36,426 nt of DNA, from the sequence record SRR22947725_1570; one strand, written 5' to 3'. Within the stretch, counting starts at the first letter, position 1. Each line of letters begins with the position of its first letter. This document shows positions 1 to 8,979 of this stretch, in pieces. The translations under genes and the position numbers were made by a program. The notes beneath the pieces were generated by a model that saw only the letters and a program-made list of their open reading frames with translations, did not search any database and had not been told where the DNA came from.

Positions 1-6
1 TGCCAT
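1..6 (-). CDS. Probable first two codons (Met-Ala) of a gene running off the left edge
   Basis: Reverse complement of 1-6 is ATGGCA, 8 nt downstream of a minus-strand TACTTTTG motif (15-22). The product cannot be identified. Confidence 0.35.
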
Positions 7-14
7 TAGGACAG

Positions 15-22
15 CAAAAGTA
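15..22 (-). promoter_or_regulatory. Bacteroidota -7 promoter element (TACTTTTG)
   Basis: caaaagta on + is TACTTTTG on -, matching TAnnTTTG, in intergenic DNA just upstream of an ATG. Confidence 0.5.
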
Positions 23-87
23 GTGCTTTTTGTTGTTTCGATGTAATAGAAAAAATGGAAACCTTTTTTATTTAAGCATTAAGCCAC

Positions 88-444
88 TTACCGTTGTTGA
101 TATAGTTCAACAGCGACAGACTGAACATGTCCTCCGATGGGAGGGTTAATCTTCGCTACCTTTACCGAAACATCTTCAACCAAAGGAGCTTCATCAAAAA
201 CACGCTTTAATATTCTCTTAGCTACATGCTCCAAAAGTTTTGAAGGAATAGCCATTTCTTCACGGACACAAGCACATAACAGCACATAATCCACGGTATC
301 CTTTAAATTATCTGACTCCGAAGAAGGCTGTAAGTTTGCCGACACCCATATATCTACCCGATACGCACTACCAATAAGCGTTTCTTCAGGTAAACAACCG
401 TGGTAGGCATACACCTGAATGTTTTCTACATATACTTTTCCCAT
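88..444 (-). CDS. folB: Dihydroneopterin aldolase
   Basis: 118 aa with YAYHGCLPEE, DNLKDTVDY, LLEHVAKRI and VKVAKINPPIGG, all typical of FolB. Confidence 0.95.
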   Translation of the reverse strand: MGKVYVENIQVYAYHGCLPEETLIGSAYRVDIWVSANLQPSSESDNLKDTVDYVLLCACVREEMAIPSKLLEHVAKRILKRVFDEAPLVEDVSVKVAKINPPIGGHVQSVAVELYQQR

Positions 445-451
445 AGGTTGT

Positions 452-459
452 CAAATATA
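452..459 (-). promoter_or_regulatory. -7 promoter element for folB (TATATTTG)
   Basis: caaatata on + is TATATTTG on -, 7 nt upstream of the folB ATG. Confidence 0.65.
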
Positions 460-491
460 AAAACTTAATCAGTTGAGTTAGCCTAAATAAT

Positions 492-499
492 TACCTTTG
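492..499 (+). promoter_or_regulatory. -7 promoter element for glnS (TACCTTTG)
   Basis: Exact TAnnTTTG 17 nt upstream of the glnS ATG, in a divergent intergenic region. Confidence 0.7.
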
Positions 500-516
500 C
501 GCAAATCATTTTTCTG

Positions 517-2517
517 ATGAGCGAAACGCACACAAAGCATTTTATAGAACACCTTATTGATGAAGACCTTTCTCAAGGCCTCAGTCCGAAGGATTTGCGC
601 TTTCGTTTCCCGCCAGAACCAAACGGGTATTTACACATCGGTCATGTAAAAGCAATATGCTTAAGTTTTGAATTAGGTAAACGATATAACGCACCAGTTA
701 ACTTAAGGTTTGATGACACCAACCCAGCCAAAGAAGAACAACATTTTGTTGATGCTATAAAAAAGGATGTTTTATGGCTTGGTTATCAGTGGGATAAGGA
801 GTGTTATGCTTCTGATTATTTTGAACAACTTTACAATTGGGCCATTGTGCTTATTAAGCAAGGAAAGGCCTATGTAGACCCACAAAATCCTGAACAAATT
901 GCAGAACAAAAAGGAACACCGACTACCCCAGGTATAGATAGCCCCTACCGAAACCAACCTATTGAAGACTCACTACGCATATTTGAGGAAATGAAAGCGG
1001 GTAAGCATAAAGATGGGGCTTTTACACTTCGCTTTAAAGGGGACATGAGCGCACCTAATATGCTACTCCGCGACCCAGTGATGTACCGCATCCTAAAAAA
1101 AGCGCATCATCGAACAAAAGATGACTGGTGTATTTATCCTATGTACGATTGGGCACACGGACAATCTGATTTTGTGGAACAAATTTCACATTCACTGTGT
1201 ACTCTAGAATTTAAACCCCATCGCGATTTATATGAAGCTTTTTTAGACACGCTTGCACCTAAAGGACTTCGACCAAAACAACGCGAATTTGCTCGTCTTA
1301 ACTTAAATTATACCATCACAAGTAAACGCAAACTGCAACGTCTTGTTGAAACAGGAAAAGTTACAGGATGGGATGATCCAAGGATGCCCACTATTAGCGG
1401 GTTAAGACGTCGAGGCTACACGCCCGCAGCACTTCGGAAGTTTGCGGGAGCGGTTGGTATTGCAAAAAGAGAAAACATCATCGACGCATCATTACTGGAG
1501 TTTTATGCACGAGAAGATTTAAATAAAAAAGCCACCCGCGCCATGGCTGTGTTACACCCACTAAAAGTAGTTATAACAAATTACCCCGAAGGACAAACAC
1601 AACAACTAGAGACAGCTAATAATCCAGAAGACGAAACAGCAGGATCCCGGACGATACCTTTTGGAAAAACGTTATTTATAGAGCAAGAAGACTTCTTAGA
1701 ACAAACGCACAACAAGTTTTTCCGCTTAACGATTGGAAGTGAAGTTAGACTTAAAAGTGCGTTTATTATTAAAGCAGAACGAGTAGATAAGGATGAAAAT
1801 GGCAACCCTACTATTGTATATTGTACATACGACTCAAAAAGCCTTAGCGGAAGCGGGTCCTCTGAAAGCCAACGCAAAGTAAAAGCAACCATTCATTGGG
1901 TGTCTTCCGAACACGCAAAACAAATTGAGGTACGTCATTATGACCGCCTTTTTAAGGTTCCAAGTCCCGACGGAGACAAGGACGTTGATTTTATGAGTCA
2001 TTTAAACGAGCATTCATTTACTGAAGAGACAGCATACGCAGAGCCGATGTTGGCTGAAGCAAATCCTGGAGCGCACATTCAATTTCAACGTCTTGGATAT
2101 TTTATTTGTGACCAAGACAGTACCGCTACTAGAAAGGTGTTTAACAAAACGGTTGCACTTCGGGATACGTGGTCTAAACAGCAACAACCAAAAACCCCCC
2201 AGCCAAAGCAGCAAGACAAACCGATGGATGTTTTTCGAAGACTAGGCAAAAAGTATACAGGGCTTTCTGCTGAAAAACAAATTGACGCTAGAGCCCAACT
2301 CGAAGGTCTTTCTTCAAGTGTTTCTATAGAAGAATTAGCACCACTTTTTAATACCGCTGCAAAAAAAATAGGCACTCGAATAGCTGTTGTTATTATTTTA
2401 AAGCAGCTTTTATTGTCTGGCACAAAACAAACCCAAGAAATTACAGCTTTTATTACAAAAGCACAAGAAGACAACAACCAATTATTAGCAACTTATGCTC
2501 AAGAGATTTCCTTATAG
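517..2517 (+). CDS. glnS: Glutamine--tRNA ligase with ~110-aa C-terminal extension
   Basis: RFPPEPNGYLHIGH (HIGH motif), WCIYPMYDWAH, HSLCTLEF, SKRKL, GWDDPRMPT, QFQRLGYF and FNKTVALRDTW. Confidence 0.97.
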   Translation: MSETHTKHFIEHLIDEDLSQGLSPKDLRFRFPPEPNGYLHIGHVKAICLSFELGKRYNAPVNLRFDDTNPAKEEQHFVDAIKKDVLWLGYQWDKECYASDYFEQLYNWAIVLIKQGKAYVDPQNPEQIAEQKGTPTTPGIDSPYRNQPIEDSLRIFEEMKAGKHKDGAFTLRFKGDMSAPNMLLRDPVMYRILKKAHHRTKDDWCIYPMYDWAHGQSDFVEQISHSLCTLEFKPHRDLYEAFLDTLAPKGLRPKQREFARLNLNYTITSKRKLQRLVETGKVTGWDDPRMPTISGLRRRGYTPAALRKFAGAVGIAKRENIIDASLLEFYAREDLNKKATRAMAVLHPLKVVITNYPEGQTQQLETANNPEDETAGSRTIPFGKTLFIEQEDFLEQTHNKFFRLTIGSEVRLKSAFIIKAERVDKDENGNPTIVYCTYDSKSLSGSGSSESQRKVKATIHWVSSEHAKQIEVRHYDRLFKVPSPDGDKDVDFMSHLNEHSFTEETAYAEPMLAEANPGAHIQFQRLGYFICDQDSTATRKVFNKTVALRDTWSKQQQPKTPQPKQQDKPMDVFRRLGKKYTGLSAEKQIDARAQLEGLSSSVSIEELAPLFNTAAKKIGTRIAVVIILKQLLLSGTKQTQEITAFITKAQEDNNQLLATYAQEISL

Positions 2518-3109
2518 TGCCCTTATTTTTTGTTTATTAACATCAACAATAGCTCAATCCCAAAACGACATTGGCTCTTGGCTTATTTATAAGAATAAAC
2601 TTTCCTTAAACGAAAAAACCAGCATTAACACCCAATATCAATTGAGGAGTTTTACGCTTGATTTTTCTGAAGATCAAACGCTTATCACTACAGGCTTAAG
2701 CCACGCTTTACTTCCAAACCTTTCTATTGCCGCTGGATATAGAAGGTTAAGCACAAGTACGTTTTTAGAAAACGGAATGTATCAAAAGATAGCATTAAGT
2801 TCGAGCTTTGGTAAGCTTAAGCTTACCAATACTTTTATGCTTGAAGAACGTTGGATAGACGAAGATTTTGCATTGCGTTATCGCGTAGGCTTTTCTCTTC
2901 GCCTTCCTATAGCTTCACAGACGGCTGTTATTGTTTCCGAAGAGGCATTTTTACAAAACACAGGCACAAGTTTTAATCAAAATCGGTTTACTGTTAAGTT
3001 TGTTCACACAGTTTCAAAAAAAATTCAGTGGACCACGGGCATTATGCATTGGCAGTTTAGCAATCTTAAACGCTGGGTTCTTTTAGCCACACTAAGCCAT
3101 ACACTATAA
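2495..3109 (+). CDS. DUF2490-like outer-membrane beta-barrel protein
   Basis: Signal-peptide-like N-terminus, GSW near the mature N-terminus, LEERW, RYR and FNQNR motifs, alternating beta-strand pattern. Overlaps the glnS end by 23 nt. Confidence 0.7.
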   Translation: MLKRFPYSALIFCLLTSTIAQSQNDIGSWLIYKNKLSLNEKTSINTQYQLRSFTLDFSEDQTLITTGLSHALLPNLSIAAGYRRLSTSTFLENGMYQKIALSSSFGKLKLTNTFMLEERWIDEDFALRYRVGFSLRLPIASQTAVIVSEEAFLQNTGTSFNQNRFTVKFVHTVSKKIQWTTGIMHWQFSNLKRWVLLATLSHTL

Positions 3110-3141
3110 AAAAAACCCGCAACAAAACATGTGGCGGGTTT
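3108..3141 (-). terminator. Intrinsic terminator between convergent DUF2490-like and SPFH genes, possibly bidirectional
   Basis: Inverted repeat aaacccgc (3113-3120) / gcgggttt (3134-3141). The A-run at 3108-3115 gives a U-tract on the minus strand. Confidence 0.8.
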
Positions 3142-3161
3142 AAATTGTATTTAAGCCGTTA

Positions 3162-4088
3162 TTATTTATTTTCTGAAGCAGCTTTATTTTTCATCGCTTC
3201 GCCAATTTGATTACTTGCCGTAAAGGACGCTACCATATTGTTTAGCATTTCAGAACCAGCCTGTGGAGAGTTAGGCAATAAAATTAGGTTACTATTTGTT
3301 TCTCCTCCTATCGACTGTAGTGTATCGTAGTGTTGCGTTACCACAATTAGGGCGGAGGCTTCTTGTGAATTAATTCCGACCTTGTTTAAGACCTCAACAG
3401 ATTCTTCTAGTCCACGGGCAATCTCCCTACGCTGATCGGCTATACCTTGCCCCTGAAGGCGCTTAGATTCGGCCTCTGCAATTGCTTTTTCCACAATTAA
3501 AATTCGTGCAGCATCTCCTTCATATTGTGCCGCGATTTTTTCTCGCTCTGCAGCATTAATACGGTTCATCGCTTCTTTTACCTGTAAGTCAGGGTCAATA
3601 TCTGTAACGAGTGTTTTAATAATATCATAGCCATAATTTATCATAGCGTCGTTTAACTCCCCTTTCACAGCAATTGCAATATCATCCTTGCGCTCAAAAA
3701 CATCATCTAAACGCATTTTAGGCACTTCTGCCCGCACTACATCAAAAACATAAGACGTTATTTGATCGTGTGGATAGTCTAGTTTATAGAAGGCTTCATA
3801 AACCTTTTCCCTAATAACCTTATACTGAACGGAGACTTTGAGCTTGACAAAAACATCATCCTTTGTCTTTGTTTCAACGATAACATCAAGTTGTTGGATT
3901 TTTAAGCTTAGCCGTCCAGCAATACGATCAACAATAGGAATTCGCATTTGAAACCCTGATTGGCGAATGCTTTTAAAACGCCCAAAGCGCTCAACAATTG
4001 CTGCGGATTGTTGTTTGACAATAAAAATTGCTGAAAAAACAAAAAGGACAGCGAAAAAAAGAATAAGAATATTTAACAGAAAACCCAT
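3162..4088 (-). CDS. SPFH/band-7 (stomatin/prohibitin-like) membrane protein
   Basis: N-terminal TM helix, IVERFGRF, ETKTKDDVFV, VFDVVRAEVPKM, AMNRINAA and GQGIADQRREI. Confidence 0.92.
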   Translation of the reverse strand: MGFLLNILILFFAVLFVFSAIFIVKQQSAAIVERFGRFKSIRQSGFQMRIPIVDRIAGRLSLKIQQLDVIVETKTKDDVFVKLKVSVQYKVIREKVYEAFYKLDYPHDQITSYVFDVVRAEVPKMRLDDVFERKDDIAIAVKGELNDAMINYGYDIIKTLVTDIDPDLQVKEAMNRINAAEREKIAAQYEGDAARILIVEKAIAEAESKRLQGQGIADQRREIARGLEESVEVLNKVGINSQEASALIVVTQHYDTLQSIGGETNSNLILLPNSPQAGSEMLNNMVASFTASNQIGEAMKNKAASENK

Positions 4089-4126
4089 TGTGTAGAAATT
4101 AAGATGAATTTAAATATATTAAATTA

Positions 4127-5632
4127 TTACGAGAGTTTAGTTAAAGCCGCGTTAATTCTTGCGACACTTTCTTCCACCCCAATGGCGTTAGAAACAGCAA
4201 AAACATCCGGACCACGCATAGACCCCACTAAGGCAAGCCTAAGGGGCGCCATTAGCATGCCAATACGAATTTCTTCACTTGCAGCCCACTCTTTAACTTC
4301 TGCACTTAGCGTTTCTGCATTTGCACCAGCATTTTGTTCAAGCACATTAATTACACCACGTAGTATACCTGGGGTTTCTTCTTTCCATTGTTTTCTTACA
4401 GCCTTTTCATCGTAATCTTTCGGCGCTACAAAAAAGAGACTTGCCTCATCCCAAATATCCGTAAGTAATGTAATCCGGTTTCTAATAAGAACAGACACAG
4501 CTTCTAGAGAAACGGTATTTACGGTTAGATTCTTTCTGTCTAATACCCGCTTTAGTAAGGCTGATAGCTTTGGAATAGGTAGTTGATGCGCATATTGCTG
4601 ATTAAACCACTTACAACGTTCTGGGTCAAAACGCCCTCCAGATTTTGTGATATTGTTCAAGGAAAAAGTATCTATAAGCTCTTCTATTGTAAACAACTCT
4701 TCTTCTCCCCCAGGATTCCACCCTTGAAGCGCTAAATAATTTATAAGCGCTTCAGGAATATATCCAGCCTCCTTAAATCCGATTGTTTTTTCTCCCCATT
4801 GTAGTGGAAAGACTGGAAACCCAAGCGCATCTCCATCACGCTTTGATAGCTTTCCTTTTCCTGAAGGCTTTAAGATTAATGGGACATGAGCAAATATAGG
4901 CGCCTCCCATCCAAATGCCTTATATAACAGAACATGTAATGGCATTGAAGGCAACCACTCTTCACCCCTTATAACATGTGATATTTCCATAAGATGATCA
5001 TCCACAATATTTGCAAAATGATAGGTTGGCATCCCGTCCTGTTTAACGAGTATTTTATCATCTAAAAGCGATTTATTAACCGTTATTTCACCCCGAACAG
5101 CATCGAGTAATGAAATATTTTCTTCCTCGCCCAGGGCATGTGTTTTAAAACGCACGACATAAGGGGTTTTGTTTTTAACGAGCGATTCACATTCTTTTTT
5201 ACTTAGCGTTAGACTGTTTCGCAACTCCTCTCTGTTGTTCCAGTTATATATAAAAGTCTCCCCGTGTGACTCGGCTTCTTTTCTTAGCGCCTGTAATTCA
5301 TCATGAGTATCAAAAGCAATATAAGCATTTTCGCTGCTTAAAATATCATCTATATATTTGATATACAGGTCTTTACGCTCACTTTGTCGGTATGGACCAT
5401 GTTCTTTTTCAGTATTTGGGCCTTCGTCAGGATCGATCCCCAGCCACTTCAAAGCATTTATGATGTAGTCTTCTGCGCCTTCAACATAGCGTTCTTGATC
5501 GGTGTCTTCAATGCGTAACACAAACACTCCTTTGTTCTTTTTCGCAAACAAATAGTTGTATAAAGCGGTACGCACACCACCTATATGAAGTGGCCCTGTT
5601 GGGCTGGGAGCAAAACGAACACGAACAGACAT
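4127..5632 (-). CDS. gltX: Glutamate--tRNA ligase
   Basis: RVRFAPSPTGPLHIGG, LRIEDTD, GPYRQSER, VDDHLMEISHVIRGEEW and KLSKRDG. Confidence 0.97.
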   Translation of the reverse strand: MSVRVRFAPSPTGPLHIGGVRTALYNYLFAKKNKGVFVLRIEDTDQERYVEGAEDYIINALKWLGIDPDEGPNTEKEHGPYRQSERKDLYIKYIDDILSSENAYIAFDTHDELQALRKEAESHGETFIYNWNNREELRNSLTLSKKECESLVKNKTPYVVRFKTHALGEEENISLLDAVRGEITVNKSLLDDKILVKQDGMPTYHFANIVDDHLMEISHVIRGEEWLPSMPLHVLLYKAFGWEAPIFAHVPLILKPSGKGKLSKRDGDALGFPVFPLQWGEKTIGFKEAGYIPEALINYLALQGWNPGGEEELFTIEELIDTFSLNNITKSGGRFDPERCKWFNQQYAHQLPIPKLSALLKRVLDRKNLTVNTVSLEAVSVLIRNRITLLTDIWDEASLFFVAPKDYDEKAVRKQWKEETPGILRGVINVLEQNAGANAETLSAEVKEWAASEEIRIGMLMAPLRLALVGSMRGPDVFAVSNAIGVEESVARINAALTKLS

Positions 5633-5645
5633 AATTTATTTTGTT

Positions 5646-5653
5646 CAAATATA
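5646..5653 (-). promoter_or_regulatory. -7 promoter element for gltX (TATATTTG)
   Basis: caaatata on + is TATATTTG on -, 13 nt upstream of the gltX ATG. Confidence 0.65.
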
Positions 5654-5690
5654 CAATCCATTGCCCGCATCTTGTACGTCTCTAAATGAA

Positions 5691-5698
5691 TATATTTG
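5691..5698 (+). promoter_or_regulatory. -7 promoter element for ybeY-mnmG (TATATTTG)
   Basis: Exact TAnnTTTG 4 nt upstream of ATG 5703. Confidence 0.65.
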
Positions 5699-5702
5699 CG
5701 CG

Positions 5703-6149
5703 ATGGAATCGCAACTTGAATATATATATGAAACCGACTTTTCTTTAAAGACAGAAAAGTTATATTCATCATGGTTGGTAAGTTGCTCTAATTATTATGG
5801 CGCGCACTCTTTATTTCTCGCCTACGCATTTATGGATGACGACGCCCTACACGCCCTAAACCTTAAGCACCTTAAACACGATACACTTACTGACATCATT
5901 ACTTTTGACGATTCGGTAGGAAAGGATATTAATGCTAATATTGCTATTTCCATCGACAGGGTAAAAGCAAACGCATTAATATATTCAGTTTCTTTTGATA
6001 TTGAATTGCTTCGAGTTATGTCTCATGGCTTGTTACATTGCTTAGGTTTTTCTGACAAGACTCCTGCAGAGGCTCAGGCGATGCGGACTGAAGAAGATGT
6101 TTGTATTAACTTGTTCCACGTGGAATACAAAAACACAAAAGATGTTTAG
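5703..6149 (+). CDS. ybeY: rRNA maturation endoribonuclease YbeY
   Basis: LNLKHLKHDTLTDIITFD, ELLRVMSHGLLHCLGFSD and MRTEED. Start moved from TTG 5661 to ATG 5703 because the promoter motif lies between them. Confidence 0.9.
   Translation: MESQLEYIYETDFSLKTEKLYSSWLVSCSNYYGAHSLFLAYAFMDDDALHALNLKHLKHDTLTDIITFDDSVGKDINANIAISIDRVKANALIYSVSFDIELLRVMSHGLLHCLGFSDKTPAEAQAMRTEEDVCINLFHVEYKNTKDV
6112..6127. promoter_or_regulatory. parS-like site (ParB binding)
   Basis: TGTTCCACGTGGAATA, 15/16 match to the palindrome TGTTCCACGTGGAACA, inside the 3' end of ybeY. Confidence 0.8.
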
Positions 6150-8013
6150 CCATCAATACGACGTTATTGTTGTTGGTGGTGGTCACGCTGGCGCTGAGGC
6201 CGCCGCCGCCGCCGCAAACCTCGGAAGCAGCACTTTATTGGTTACAATGAACCTTCAAAACATTGGCCAAATGTCATGCAATCCAGCAATGGGAGGTATT
6301 GCTAAAGGACAAATTGTGCGAGAAATCGATGCCCTTGGAGGGTATAGCGGAATTGTATCAGACAAAACAGCTATTCAGTTCAAAATGCTGAATCGATCTA
6401 AAGGTCCCGCTATGTGGAGCCCAAGAGTTCAGTCAGACCGGATGCTATTTGCCGCCGAATGGCGCTTGATGTTGGAACAAACACCAAACCTTGATTTCTA
6501 TCAGGACATGGTTTCTGATCTATTAGTTGAAGGAGACAGGGTTACTGGAGTAAAGACCTCATTGGGCATTGAAATCAAATCAAAAACCGTCGTCCTTACA
6601 AGTGGCACTTTTCTCAATGGTCTTATTCACATTGGTGAAAAGCAGTTTGGCGGAGGTCGTGCCGGTGAAAGCGCTTCTTTCGGAATTACTGAACGACTTT
6701 CTGCTCTTGGTTTTGAGTTCGGGCGTATGAAAACAGGAACCCCCCCACGCGTTGATGGCCGCTCGTTGGATTATTCAAAAATGGCAGAACAGCCAGGGGA
6801 CACTAATCCCTCAACATTTTCCTTTTTAGACCACTCCGTTCCTCTAACCAAGCAGCGTTCTTGTCACATGACCTATACGAGTCCGCAAGTACACGATTTG
6901 TTACGCGAAGGTTTTGATCGTTCTCCTATGTTTAACGGTAGAATTAAAAGTATTGGCCCACGGTATTGCCCATCTGTTGAAGATAAAATTAATCGTTTTT
7001 CTGACAAAAGCCGGCATCAAATTTTTGTTGAGCCAGAGGGGTGGAACACTGTTGAAGTTTATGTTAATGGATTTTCAACCTCTCTTCCTGAGGAAATTCA
7101 ATTCAAGGCTTTACGCGCAGTTGAAGGTTTTGAAGCTGTAAAGTTTTTTAGACCTGGCTACGCAATTGAGTATGATTATTTCCCCCCTACTCAGCTTAAA
7201 CATTCATTAGAAACGAAACCCATTAAAGGCTTGTTTTTTGCGGGGCAAATAAATGGCACCACTGGCTATGAAGAAGCTGCCTCTCAAGGCATGATGGCTG
7301 GAATTAACGCTCACCAACAAACAATTGGCGCGGATTCTTTTATCCTCTCTAGGGATGAGGCATACATCGGGGTTTTAATTGACGACCTTATTACCAAAGG
7401 AACTGAGGAGCCGTATAGAATGTTCACTTCACGCGCAGAGTATCGTACACTTTTACGACAAGATAACGCAGATACCCGACTTACCCCTAGGTCATACACG
7501 CTAGGCCTTGCTTCAGAAGAGCGTTTACGTCAAATGGAAAGACAGGCAGCTAAATCAGACTCCCTACTTTCATTCTTTAATAAAACCAGCATACTTCCAG
7601 ATGCAATAAATCCGATTTTGAGAGAGAAAGACTCTGCTCCAGTCAAGCAATCGTTAAAAATGAGCAAGGTGTTGTCTCGCCCAAACATAACCATCAATGA
7701 CTTTCTTTCTCAAGACCATGTCGCCTCATTTGTGGCCGAGAACGAGATTGACAAATCAGTTTTAGAGCAAGTAGAAATACAAGTAAAATACGCAGGATAT
7801 ATTGCAAAGGAAAAGCTGCAAGCTGACAAGTTAACGCAACTTGAACATGTTCCAATTCCAGAAAATTTTGATTACAATAAGGTTAAATCCCTATCCTTTG
7901 AGGCAAGACAAAAACTCACACAAATTAAACCAGTCACCATTGCACAGGCATCAAGAATTAGCGGGGTTTCTCCTAGCGACCTTTCTGTTTTGCTCGTCTA
8001 TATGGGGCGTTAA
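6142..8013 (+). CDS. mnmG: tRNA uridine-5-carboxymethylaminomethyl(34) synthesis enzyme MnmG (GidA)
   Basis: YDVIVVGGGHAG, MSCNPAMGGIAKG, KTGTPPR, GPRYCPSVEDK, AGQINGTTGYEEA and EPYRMFTSRAEYR. Start placed at ATG 6142 (MFSHQYD), overlapping the ybeY end. Confidence 0.97.
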   Translation: MFSHQYDVIVVGGGHAGAEAAAAAANLGSSTLLVTMNLQNIGQMSCNPAMGGIAKGQIVREIDALGGYSGIVSDKTAIQFKMLNRSKGPAMWSPRVQSDRMLFAAEWRLMLEQTPNLDFYQDMVSDLLVEGDRVTGVKTSLGIEIKSKTVVLTSGTFLNGLIHIGEKQFGGGRAGESASFGITERLSALGFEFGRMKTGTPPRVDGRSLDYSKMAEQPGDTNPSTFSFLDHSVPLTKQRSCHMTYTSPQVHDLLREGFDRSPMFNGRIKSIGPRYCPSVEDKINRFSDKSRHQIFVEPEGWNTVEVYVNGFSTSLPEEIQFKALRAVEGFEAVKFFRPGYAIEYDYFPPTQLKHSLETKPIKGLFFAGQINGTTGYEEAASQGMMAGINAHQQTIGADSFILSRDEAYIGVLIDDLITKGTEEPYRMFTSRAEYRTLLRQDNADTRLTPRSYTLGLASEERLRQMERQAAKSDSLLSFFNKTSILPDAINPILREKDSAPVKQSLKMSKVLSRPNITINDFLSQDHVASFVAENEIDKSVLEQVEIQVKYAGYIAKEKLQADKLTQLEHVPIPENFDYNKVKSLSFEARQKLTQIKPVTIAQASRISGVSPSDLSVLLVYMGR

Positions 8014-8844
8014 ATGTTCCACGTGAAACCTTTTGATGTTGTTGATCATTTAGTGTCCAAAGCGTCTTTTCGCTTAACGTTTGACAACAAGCGTAAGGCT
8101 TGGAAAACGCTACCAGAGCTTTCTGAAGAGTCGCTTCAATTGTATTATCCCAATGACACCTATGCTTCACATATTGATAAGGCCACAGATGTTAAGTCGC
8201 TAGTTTATATGTGGATTAAAAAGCGAAATATTAAAAAGAAACTTTCTTGGATTCGCGCCTTTTCTTCTCAAGGAAACTTATTGGATTTTGGCGCAGGAAA
8301 TGGAGCTTTTGCACTTGAAGCAAAGAAAAAGGGGTGGCATGTTTCGGCATATGACGCCTCGACTGTGGCAAAAAAACTGCTTACCCTAAAGGAACTTAAC
8401 ACAGTCAATTTACCATTAACAGACAGTTATGATGTTATTACATTATGGCATGTATTTGAGCATTTACCCAATCCAGAAGAACAACTAAAAATGTTTTATA
8501 AGGCGTTAGCTCCTGGAGGTGTTTTAGTTTTAGCCCTTCCCAATTATGAATCTTGGGACGCAAAACACTATGGTGCAGGTTGGGCAGCATATGACGTGCC
8601 ACGTCACTTATGGCATTACAATAAAGAGGCTATTGCAATGATGGCCGATGAAGCTGGGTTTAATCAAGTGAGGATTCACAACATGTTTTGGGATGCTTTT
8701 TATATTTCATTGCTTTCAGAAAAGTATCGCAAATCAACCTTCGCTTGGTTTTTAGCCTTTTTTAAAGGGCTATACTCAAATTTACTAGGGTGGAATAAAA
8801 AGAACACCTCCTCCCTTTCCTTTATACTCCAAAAACCAAAATAA
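8014..8844 (+). CDS. Class I SAM-dependent methyltransferase
   Basis: LLDFGAGNG SAM-binding motif, YDVITLWHVFEHL and WAAYDVPRHLWH. Directly abuts mnmG; the start codon overlaps a parS-like site. Confidence 0.85.
   Translation: MFHVKPFDVVDHLVSKASFRLTFDNKRKAWKTLPELSEESLQLYYPNDTYASHIDKATDVKSLVYMWIKKRNIKKKLSWIRAFSSQGNLLDFGAGNGAFALEAKKKGWHVSAYDASTVAKKLLTLKELNTVNLPLTDSYDVITLWHVFEHLPNPEEQLKMFYKALAPGGVLVLALPNYESWDAKHYGAGWAAYDVPRHLWHYNKEAIAMMADEAGFNQVRIHNMFWDAFYISLLSEKYRKSTFAWFLAFFKGLYSNLLGWNKKNTSSLSFILQKPK
8015..8030. promoter_or_regulatory. parS-like site (ParB binding)
   Basis: TGTTCCACGTGAAACC, 15/16 match to TGTTNCACGTGAAACA, immediately after the mnmG stop. Confidence 0.8.
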
Positions 8845-8979
8845 AGCGTTTTAAGCGCGTTTTAAACGCGTGGCCAACACAGTGAGCCTGTAAGCGATTT
8901 TCTCTTCCATGACCGCGCTAAGAACAACCTTAACCCATAGATATAGTTTATTGAAACACACAACGCCTAAAGAAAAACC

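Noticed and set aside
5661-5702. Longer N-termini given by the ORF track for ybeY, mnmG (6097), holB (10188), tatA (12576) and M23 (12630)
   Set aside because: They run through promoter motifs or neighbouring genes; downstream ATGs fit the family N-termini better.
6025-6057. YbeY metal motif ends in Asp (HGLLHCLGFSD) rather than the third His
   Set aside because: From recall this is a common Bacteroidota variant, so it is not evidence of a pseudogene.
3769-8218. Isolated DnaA-box-like 9-mers (TGTGGATAG near 3769, TGTGGATTA near 8210)
   Set aside because: Each is single, mismatched, inside a CDS and not clustered; no oriC call is supportable from them.
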